This document shows positions 1 through 6,863 of a stretch of 15,023 nucleotides of DNA, piece by piece. The first letter of the stretch is position 1. Each line of letters opens with the position of its first letter. The stretch covers positions 1 to 15,023 of the forward strand of contig JBBRXO010000069.1 in assembly GCA_038248345.1 (NCBI GenBank), written 5' to 3'. The DNA is from Armatimonadota bacterium (GTDB lineage Bacteria > Armatimonadota > Hebobacteria > CAIYQO01). Position numbers and translations under genes: made by a program. The notes below the pieces were generated by a model. It was not told the DNA's origin. It worked only from the letters and a program-made list of their open reading frames with translations, and did no database searches.

Positions 1-41
1 CCGCTGGCATGGATGCCAGCGGAATCCGCCATGGATGGCGG
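1..41. repeat. REP-like tandem palindromes
   Basis: CCGCTGGCAT-GG-ATGCCAGCGG (1-22) and CCGCCAT-GG-ATGGCGG (26-41) share a CATGGATG core; may continue beyond the window edge. Confidence 0.6.
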
Positions 42-64
42 CGACTCTATAATATGGGTGTCGC

Positions 65-246
65 TGTCTGAACCTTGATTCGCCTGATTAGCGGATTTGC
101 ATGAGGATAATGCCTCTGCTGTTGGATAGCGATTTTTGTTTAACGATTAACGTTCAATGTTCAACGTTCAACGGAAGAGGCTATCCAACAGTGTAGACGA
201 ATAGGTCAGAGATAATCCTTTAATCATGCGAATCTGGGTTCAGACA
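65..246. repeat. MITE-like element bounded by 33-bp imperfect inverted repeats (TGTCTGAACC...GGTTCAGACA)
   Basis: Arms at 65-97 and 214-246. Inner 12-bp perfect IR CTGTTGGATAGC (119-130) / GCTATCCAACAG (180-191). About 4.5 copies of heptamer AACGTTC at 142-173. The same termini recur at 14734-14938. Confidence 0.7.
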
Positions 247-262
247 AAAAGGCTAACCCCAT

Positions 263-411
263 CCTAGGGCGTTGCCCTAGGCTACCGAAGGTTGCCCTTC
301 AGGCAACCGGATTGCACGGTGAATTTTGCATTGGATGTCGGAATTGAACGGTATTGATAATCGATACTCATCGGGGCGGCCTTTGCCTGAAGGCCAAATA
401 CTCGGTAGCCT
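263..411. repeat. REPIN-like inverted pair of hairpin units
   Basis: Hairpins CCTAGGGC-GTT-GCCCTAGG (263-281) and GGTTGCC-CTTCA-GGCAACC (290-308); 279-306 is an imperfect reverse complement of 383-411. Confidence 0.6.
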
Positions 412-564
412 GCAATGAGCTTGTCGGATTGCAACAAGCAACCATAGCCAATATAAGAGTTGAGATAGAGTTGTCCTAACGTAGAACCTGTTAAATTTCA
501 TACCGTTTCCGCACCCCGTTCAGCGTCTCTTATTCCCGGCATCCCCCGACAACTGAACAACAAG

Positions 565-589
565 GTGGGCACAAGCCTTGTGCCCCAAC
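565..589. repeat. GTAG-family REP-like palindrome
   Basis: GTGGGCACAAGCCTTGTGCCCC (565-586) is identical to 8274-8295. Confidence 0.7.
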
Positions 590-619
590 AATTGGGTTAT
601 GGGCGAAGTCCACGTTAGG

Positions 620-628
620 TGATATAAT
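620..628 (+). promoter_or_regulatory. Extended -10 promoter element for the aconitase gene
   Basis: TGaTATAAT 55 bp upstream of the ATG at 684; no convincing -35. Confidence 0.5.
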
Positions 629-683
629 ATTCACATGGACACATAGGATTATCCTCTACAGCAAAAAGATAGGTAACAAATAG

Positions 684-2597
684 ATGAAACAGACACTAAC
701 TGAGAAGATATTAGCCGCGCATCTGGTCTCTGGCGAGCTTGCTGCCGGGTCGGAGATTGGCATACGCATTGACCAGACGCTGACGCAGGATGCCACCGGC
801 ACCATGGCCTACCTGCAGTTTGAGGCGATGGGTGTGCCACGCGTGCGCACTGAGGTCTCCGTCAGCTATGTTGACCACAACATGCTGCAGGCGAGCTTCG
901 AGAATGCTGATGACCACCAGTTTTTGCAGAGCATCGCGCGTAAATACGGCATCCACTTCAGCCGTCCCGGCAATGGCATCTGCCACCAGGTGCACCTGGA
1001 GCGCTTCGGCGCACCGGGCAAGACGCTGCTGGGCAGCGACAGCCACACCCCCACCGGCGGCGGCATCGGTATGCTGGCAATGGGCGCGGGCGGGCTGGAT
1101 GTGGCGGTGGCTATGGCCGGCGGGCCGTTCTACCTCACCACTCCGAAGGTGGTCGGGGTACAACTCACCAGCAAGTTGTCACCGTGGGTATCCGCCAAAG
1201 ATGTCATTCTGGAACTGCTGCGCCGCCTGACGGTGAAGGGTGGCGTGGGCAAAGTCATCGAGTATTTCGGCCCCGGCGTAGCCACCTTGAGCGTACCGGA
1301 GCGCGCCACCATCACCAACATGGGCGCGGAACTGGGGGCCACCACCTCGGTGTTCCCCAGCGATGAAGCAACACGTGAGTTCCTCGCCGAACAAGGGCGT
1401 GCCGATGCCTACACCCCGCTGGCAGCAGATGACGATGCTGTGTATGACACCGTGGTAGAGATTGACCTCGCCGCCCTGGAGCCGCTGGCCGCCGCCCCGC
1501 ACAGCCCCGACGCTATTAAGTCATTGACAGAATTGGCGGGCACTAAAGTTGATCAGGTGTGCGTGGGCAGTTGCACCAACAGCAGCTACCGCGACCTGGC
1601 CATCCTCGCTGCAGTCTTGCGTGGCAAAACGGTACACCCTGCTGTGAGTTTGACGGTGAACCCGGGGAGCAAACAGGTCTATGAGATGATCGCCGAGAGC
1701 GGTGTGCTGGGCGACCTGATCGCCGCCGGCGCGCGTATGCTGGAGGCGGGCTGTGGGCCGTGCATCGGCATGGGGCAGGCCCCCAATACCAACGCCGTGA
1801 GCGTGCGTACCTTCAACCGCAACTTCGAGGGACGTAGCGGCACCCGGTCGGCGCAGGTCTACCTGGCCGGGCCGGAGGTGGCCGCCGCCGCCGCCCTCAC
1901 CGGCGAGCTGACCGATCCGCGCACGCTGGGTGATGTCCCTACCGCGCGCCCCTTCACCGGCAATCCTGATCTGGGCGACAATATGATCATCGCGCCGGAG
2001 GGCAACGGTGCCGAGGTGGAGATAATCCGCGGGCCGAATATCAAACCACTGCCGGTGCACCCGGGCATGCCGGAGACGCTGCGCGGCGAAATTCTGCCCA
2101 AGGTCGGCGATAACATCACTACCGACCACATAATGCCCGCCGGGGCGCGTGTATTGCCGTTGCGCAGTAACATCCCCGCCATCAGCGAGTTCGTCTTCCA
2201 CGCCATCGACCCAACCTTCCCGGAGCGTGCGCTGAAGTCCGGCGGCGGTTTCATCGTGGGGGGGAGCAACTACGGGCAGGGCAGCAGTCGCGAACACGCG
2301 GCGCTGGCCCCCATGTACCTGGGGATACGCGCAGTAATAGTGAAGTCCTTCGCGCGCATCCACCGCGCCAACCTCATCAACTTCGGCATCCTCCCGCTCA
2401 CCCTGGTGCATGAGGCGGACTACGACAAACTGACGCAAGGCGAGCAGATCACCATAGCCAATCTTCCCAGCATCCGCACCAGCGACACTCTAGACATAAC
2501 CCTCCCCGACGGCAGCGCCATATCGGCCTACCATGGATTAAGCGGACGCCAGATAGATATTGTGCTGGCGGGTGGGTTGTTGAATTATATGCGGTAG
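684..2597 (+). CDS. acn: Aconitate hydratase (short ~640-aa single-chain type)
   Basis: 637 aa. Aconitase-family motifs QDATG, DHN, GICHQV, GSDSHT, GSCTNS, CGPCIG (4Fe-4S Cys ligands), TFNRNF, ITTDHI and GSSREHA. Substrate (citrate vs homologues) not provable from sequence. Confidence 0.93.
   Translation: MKQTLTEKILAAHLVSGELAAGSEIGIRIDQTLTQDATGTMAYLQFEAMGVPRVRTEVSVSYVDHNMLQASFENADDHQFLQSIARKYGIHFSRPGNGICHQVHLERFGAPGKTLLGSDSHTPTGGGIGMLAMGAGGLDVAVAMAGGPFYLTTPKVVGVQLTSKLSPWVSAKDVILELLRRLTVKGGVGKVIEYFGPGVATLSVPERATITNMGAELGATTSVFPSDEATREFLAEQGRADAYTPLAADDDAVYDTVVEIDLAALEPLAAAPHSPDAIKSLTELAGTKVDQVCVGSCTNSSYRDLAILAAVLRGKTVHPAVSLTVNPGSKQVYEMIAESGVLGDLIAAGARMLEAGCGPCIGMGQAPNTNAVSVRTFNRNFEGRSGTRSAQVYLAGPEVAAAAALTGELTDPRTLGDVPTARPFTGNPDLGDNMIIAPEGNGAEVEIIRGPNIKPLPVHPGMPETLRGEILPKVGDNITTDHIMPAGARVLPLRSNIPAISEFVFHAIDPTFPERALKSGGGFIVGGSNYGQGSSREHAALAPMYLGIRAVIVKSFARIHRANLINFGILPLTLVHEADYDKLTQGEQITIANLPSIRTSDTLDITLPDGSAISAYHGLSGRQIDIVLAGGLLNYMR
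2514..2596 (+). repeat. 83-bp direct repeat, copy 1 (3' end of the aconitase CDS)
   Basis: AGCGCCATATCGGCC...TTATATGCGGTA is identical to 3502-3584 (offset 988 bp). Confidence 0.97.
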
Positions 2598-2608
2598 GAG
2601 GTAGTATA

Positions 2609-3250
2609 ATGTCTATATCACGCTATCGCACTCCGGTGGGGTCGGAGGTGGAAGTGCAATTTGGTTCGCGTGGGCGGGTGCTGCGGAATTTGCCAGGACT
2701 AACCAGTAAACGAGAAATTGATCTGTTGGAATATCAGGAGCTGGTAGCGGTTCAGCATCACTATCTGCAAATAATCTCTGCTACTACTCGATTTGATGCA
2801 ACGATGATATGTCAGATGCACGGTGACTGGCTGCACAATATTTATACTTGGGCTGGTGAATACCGAACAGTCGAAATGGAAAAAGATGGATTCAAATGGC
2901 CGCCTGCGTTTCGTATTATGGATAATATGGAACGATTCTCAAATGAAATATTGACTGTTCATACTCCATGCAATTCCATTGCTTTATCGGCAATTTGTCA
3001 TTCACTAGCAGTTGTTCATGCTGAATTACTATTCATTCATCCATTTCGTGAGGGAAATGGCAGGGTTGCGCGATGGCTGGCGGATTTAATGGCAGCGCAA
3101 GCGGGTTTACCATTGCCGGACTATCGACTTGCCGGACGTGGAGCTAAAATTACCGGCAAACGGTATATTTCCGCCGTGCAACAAGGATATGTCAACAACT
3201 ACGAGCCCTTAACAGCCTTCTTTGAAGAAGCCTTGCGCAGAGCTATGTGA
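2609..3250 (+). CDS. fic: Fic family protein (FicT-like adenylyltransferase toxin)
   Basis: 213 aa. HPFREGNGRVAR matches HxFx(D/E)GNGRxxR; also IYTWAGEYR and VLRNLPG segments. RBS AGGAGG overlaps the aconitase stop. AT-richer than flanking genes. Confidence 0.93.
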   Translation: MSISRYRTPVGSEVEVQFGSRGRVLRNLPGLTSKREIDLLEYQELVAVQHHYLQIISATTRFDATMICQMHGDWLHNIYTWAGEYRTVEMEKDGFKWPPAFRIMDNMERFSNEILTVHTPCNSIALSAICHSLAVVHAELLFIHPFREGNGRVARWLADLMAAQAGLPLPDYRLAGRGAKITGKRYISAVQQGYVNNYEPLTAFFEEALRRAM

Positions 3251-3402
3251 CCATAACTATTGGTGTTAGTTTTCGCTGGCGCAGATATATTGCGTGTGCG
3301 AGAAGCGCCTTCAAAGATGGAAGAATCCCGCGCGTTGCGCTCTATCGCAGCGTTTCGTTGCCGGGCAGTAGCGAGATATTTATTTGATTTTGCCAGTGAC
3401 AT
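3199..3402 (-). CDS. Putative Fic antitoxin (FicA/VbhA-like inhibitor), 67 aa
   Basis: MSLAKSNKYL...RNARDSSIFEGA contains (S/T)xxxE(G/N) as SSIFEG. GGAGG (3415-3411) lies 8 nt before the ATG at 3402, and there is an upstream extended -10. Overlaps the fic 3' end by 52 nt. Confidence 0.68.
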   Translation of the reverse strand: MSLAKSNKYLATARQRNAAIERNARDSSIFEGASRTRNISAPAKTNTNSYGHIALRKASSKKAVKGS

Positions 3403-3446
3403 GACAGCTACCTCCATGCGTCCCCAAAGTGTTCTTTTTCTAGTTT

Positions 3447-3455
3447 ATTATATCA
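3447..3455 (-). promoter_or_regulatory. Extended -10 promoter for the putative antitoxin
   Basis: Minus strand reads TGaTATAAT, 44 nt upstream of the ATG at 3402. Confidence 0.55.
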
Positions 3456-3501
3456 CATGTGCGTTACACCTGGTATATTGTCTATCACTCTTTACTACCA
3501 T

Positions 3502-3584
3502 AGCGCCATATCGGCCTACCATGGATTAAGCGGACGCCAGATAGATATTGTGCTGGCGGGTGGGTTGTTGAATTATATGCGGTA
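3502..3584 (+). repeat. 83-bp direct repeat, copy 2 (orphan aconitase 3' end, att-like scar)
   Basis: Identical to 2514-2596; encodes SAISAYHGLSGRQIDIVLAGGLLNYMR and ends in TAA instead of TAG. Confidence 0.97.
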
Positions 3585-3635
3585 ACAATAGAGGTAGCAA
3601 AAGGGACTTCTGTTTTTTCATTATTATGGTAAACC

Positions 3636-3809
3636 ATGAGTATGAGCAAAGCTGAAATCATTGAATTGACGGTGCAAGAGATCGTAACGCGCTTTCACCC
3701 GGAGCGGATTATTCTCTTCGGCTCGCAAGTGCGCGAAGACGCCCGCCCTGACAGCGATGTAGACCTGCTGGTTGTTATGCCCGACGACACCATCCGGCGG
3801 ATAAACTGA
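3636..3809 (+). pseudogene. Truncated minimal nucleotidyltransferase (MNT/MntA-type antitoxin)
   Basis: Hand-translated 57 aa: MSMSKAEIIELTVQEIVTRFHPERIILFGSQVREDARPDSDVDLLVVMPDDTIRRIN*. Has the GS..SDxD motif, is roughly half the usual length, and no HEPN partner is visible. Confidence 0.8.
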
Positions 3810-4215
3810 TGGGTATTGTAGGAGATAAAAAATCTCCGGTATCATCAGTTATTCAAGCAGATAAAGTATTGACAGGAAAATATGGATTGTATATTCCATT
3901 GGCTTGCCAGCATACGACCTGGTCTGTGGCTTCAGACTGGATAAATTGGACAAAGTACAACAGAACTACATCGCTGAGCTATTGAAGACGTACGGCAAGT
4001 AAGGTGCGCAACAGGAATATCGCTTTTTGTTACAAGCCGTCCTCCCTGGCCTGGCCGTGAACTGAACGGGCGCTAAATACGATACTCCTGGTGTCAATCA
4101 CCAATAGCCACAAGTTTTCGCAACTGTTCAGAGTTGTTAGCATGTAAATACTATGAAAGCTTCGCCCACATCCCGCTTCAATATATAAGCTAATAGGGCT
4201 CAGTGCTCTCAAACG

Positions 4216-4319
4216 GATCCTAACATAGCCTCGGGCGAAGCCCGGGGAAGAGGTTTATTTATCGAGATCATGTATTCGATAAGCCTTCCCCGGGTTTCGC
4301 CCGGGGCTATGTTAGGATC
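4216..4319. repeat. REPIN-like long inverted repeat (35-bp arms)
   Basis: GATCCTAACATAGCCTCGGGCGAAGCCCGGGGAAG (4216-4250) vs the reverse complement of 4285-4319, 2 mismatches. Each arm has its own hairpin; inner TTATCGA/TCGATAA pair. Confidence 0.85.
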
Positions 4320-4450
4320 TCACTATTTGGTTATTGCCATTAGTACCCCGTTCTTTTTTAATACCTACATCTTGTTTTTTTGAATGTTCCACGGGTAGGT
4401 CGATAAGAGACTCGAAACTCTGAACTGTTACCAATTTCCCCCCCCCGCCC

Positions 4451-4478
4451 TTGCACCAATCCCCGCATATGTTATATT
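4451..4478 (+). promoter_or_regulatory. Sigma70-type promoter of nadB
   Basis: TTGCAC-16 bp-TATATT with TGn extension; AAAGGGG RBS-like sequence before the ATG at 4508. Confidence 0.55.
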
Positions 4479-4507
4479 GTTAGCAACAGGTAAAGGGGTT
4501 TAATTGG

Positions 4508-6064
4508 ATGGACGTTGAGATAGTAGATGTACTGGTTATCGGCGCGGGGGCGGCGGGGTGTGCGGCGGCGTTGCGGGCGGCGGATGATGGGGCGGCTGTG
4601 CTGCTGGTGGTGAAGGGGGACGACCTGCTGGAGTCCAACACCGCCTATGCGCAGGGCGGTATCATCGCGCGCGGGGCAGATGACTCGGCTGAGTTGCTGG
4701 AGGATGACGTGATCGCCGCCGGTGACGGGCTGTGCTGGCTGCCTGCGGTGGAGCAACTGGCCACGCAGGGCCCTCCGCTGGTGTACCAATTCCTCATTGA
4801 TCGCCTGGGGGTGGACTTCACCCGCGAGGAAGGCGACCTGGTCTACACGCAGGAGGCCGCGCACTCGCGCCGACGTATTCTCTACGCCGCCGATGCCACC
4901 GGGCTGGCTATCGCCAAGGGGCTGCGTGCGGGCGTACTGGAGCACCCGCGCATCACCGTGCGCACGGCCTGCACCGCCGTAGACCTGATCACCCTGCCGC
5001 ACCATAGCAGCGATCCTATTGATATCTATCTGCCGGTAGAGTGTCTGGGTGCCTATGTACTGGACCACGCCAGCGGCGAAGTAGAGAAGATGATGGCGCG
5101 GCAGACGATACTGGCCACCGGCGGGCTGGGGCAGATCTACCAGCACTCTACTAACCCGCAGGGGGCGCGTGGTGACGGACTGGCGATGGCCAGCCGGGCG
5201 CAGGTGGAGATCATCAACGCCGAGTATATCCAGTTCCACCCCACAGCGTTCTTCCACCGTGATGCCGAGCGTTTCCTCATCTCCGAGGCGGTGCGCGGCG
5301 AAGGGGCGCGGCTGCGCAACAAGCGCGGCGAATTCTTCATGCAGCGCTATCACCCGCTGGCCGACCTGGCCCCGCGTGACGTGGTGGCACGCGCCATCTG
5401 GGAAGAGATGCTGCGCGAAGGCAGCGAGTCGATCTGGCTCGATCTCTCCGGCGTGGAGGTGGATGTGAAGGAACGTTTCCCCACCATCTACGGCAAACTG
5501 CTGGAGTACGGCGTGGATATCACGCGCGACCGTATCCCGGTGGTGCCCGCGGCGCATTATTTCATCGGCGGGGTGAAGGTAGACCTGCAGGGGCGCACCA
5601 GCATGCGCAACCTCTACGCGGTGGGCGAGGTGAGCTGCACCGGCGTGCATGGCGCCAACCGCCTGGCCAGCACCAGCCTGCTGGAGGCGCTGACCTGGGG
5701 CACGCGCTCTGGCGCGGATGCGGCGACCCGCCGCAGTGAGGATAATAGCCGCCGTGACCATGTGGAAGAGTGGCAGGATGTGGGACTGCTGAAAGCCATC
5801 GACCCGGCGTTGATCGTGCAGGACTGGGTGACTATCCGTACCACCATGTGGAACTACGCAGGAATAGTGCGCACCAGCAAACGCCTGAAGCGCGCCCTGG
5901 CCGACCTGGGCTACCTCAGCCACCGCATCGAGGAATTCTACCGCGAGACCAAACTCACCGACCAGCTAATCGGCCTGCGCAACGGCATCGAGGTGGCGCA
6001 ACTGATAACCACCGCCGCGCTGCGCAACCCGGTGAGCACCGGGGCGCATTATCGGATAGACTGA
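4508..6064 (+). CDS. nadB: L-aspartate oxidase
   Basis: 518 aa. FAD-binding GAGAAG plus SNTAYAQGGI, EAAHSRRRI, LATGG, QFHPT, LISEAVRGEG, LAPRDVVAR, PAAHY, GVHGANRLASTSLLE and STGAHYR. Confidence 0.96.
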   Translation: MDVEIVDVLVIGAGAAGCAAALRAADDGAAVLLVVKGDDLLESNTAYAQGGIIARGADDSAELLEDDVIAAGDGLCWLPAVEQLATQGPPLVYQFLIDRLGVDFTREEGDLVYTQEAAHSRRRILYAADATGLAIAKGLRAGVLEHPRITVRTACTAVDLITLPHHSSDPIDIYLPVECLGAYVLDHASGEVEKMMARQTILATGGLGQIYQHSTNPQGARGDGLAMASRAQVEIINAEYIQFHPTAFFHRDAERFLISEAVRGEGARLRNKRGEFFMQRYHPLADLAPRDVVARAIWEEMLREGSESIWLDLSGVEVDVKERFPTIYGKLLEYGVDITRDRIPVVPAAHYFIGGVKVDLQGRTSMRNLYAVGEVSCTGVHGANRLASTSLLEALTWGTRSGADAATRRSEDNSRRDHVEEWQDVGLLKAIDPALIVQDWVTIRTTMWNYAGIVRTSKRLKRALADLGYLSHRIEEFYRETKLTDQLIGLRNGIEVAQLITTAALRNPVSTGAHYRID

Positions 6065-6226
6065 GGATAGGTGTATCTTTGGAGATAACCACCGCGAAGC
6101 GGTGACGGAATCGGATATCCGCCAGACTACTCGCTAGCAAACAGGTTTCAATAATAATAGCAGGAAGTTTCATATTCAGCGGCGAACGTGGTGCTATAGA
6201 AACTTTGCTAAGAATAGATTGTAAGT

Positions 6227-6769
6227 ATGACAATGGAATCACAGGTCATATCGAAAAAGCGGGTCACGGATCATGGCGAGGTGTTGACGGGGAAGCGCGA
6301 GGTCAACGCTATGCTCGACTTGGTGAAGCAGGAAACGGAGCGGATTGACTCCCGTTTTATTGAACCGGCTTGTGGCAATGGGAACTTCCTTACCGTTATT
6401 CTGGAGCGGAAACTCGCTGTCGTGGAAAAACGTTACGGCAAGTCGCAACTGGACTTTGAGCGGAATACCATCTGCGCCGTAACCAGTCTCTATGGTATAG
6501 ATATCCTCTCCGACAATGTTTCACAGTGTAGAGAACGCCTTTTCAGCGTTTTCGATGCGGTATATGAACGTCTCTTTCTGCGCACGTATAAAGCAGGATG
6601 CCGGGATGCGGTGCGATTTATCCTTGCCCGTAATATCATCTGGGGCGATGCTCTGACATTTCAAAGGGTAGAAAAACCGTCCAAACCCATCGTCTTTTCG
6701 GAATGGTCATTCCCGTTTAATGCTTTCATCCAGTCCAAAGTCCGCCCGATGGAGGCGACCGGTGAGTAA
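6227..6769 (+). pseudogene. SAM-dependent DNA methyltransferase subunit of a restriction-modification system, apparently truncated and fused
   Basis: RVTDHGEVLT, SAM motif EPACGNGNF, YGIDI and NIIWGDAL; no NPPY-type motif. After ..EWSFPFN the tail AFIQSKVRPMEATGE resembles, from recall, the C-terminus of Eco57I-like methylases, suggesting an internal deletion near 6721. Confidence 0.7.
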
Positions 6770-6812
6770 AGAACAGGCGCTGGCCGTTTTTGAAAACTTC
6801 AAAATCCGCTAA
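6762..6812 (+). pseudogene. Relic 5' end of a BRO-family gene (16 codons)
   Basis: GGAGG at 6751-6755, then GTG. Reads VSKEQALAVFENFKIR*, which aligns with METKKSLISFENYQIR of the intact BRO gene at 6864. Confidence 0.7.
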
Positions 6813-6863
6813 ATGCAGAGTAAAGCAGAATGACCGACTCCGATAATGGTAGGAGGTACCGAA

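Noticed and set aside
277..501. 74-aa ORF
   Set aside because: Runs through REP-like palindromes; no recognisable protein features.
619..635. Rex/CRP site GTGA-N8-TCAC upstream of aconitase
   Set aside because: Half-site spacing is 8 rather than 6; better explained as the extended -10, though another regulator is not excluded.
3260..3529. 89-aa plus-strand ORF as the Fic partner
   Set aside because: TTG start without an RBS, no motif, and it runs into the repeat; the minus-strand ORF has promoter, RBS and motif.
4472..5923. 483-aa minus-strand ORF, and the 305-aa ORF at 1521-2438
   Set aside because: Antisense shadows of nadB and aconitase, expected in GC-rich coding DNA; no motifs.
6004..6095. 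12-bp direct repeat GATAACCACCGC (6004-6015, 6084-6095) as a nadB att pair
   Set aside because: Too short and brackets no cargo; the second copy is part of a small CACCGC-GAA-GCGGTG hairpin.
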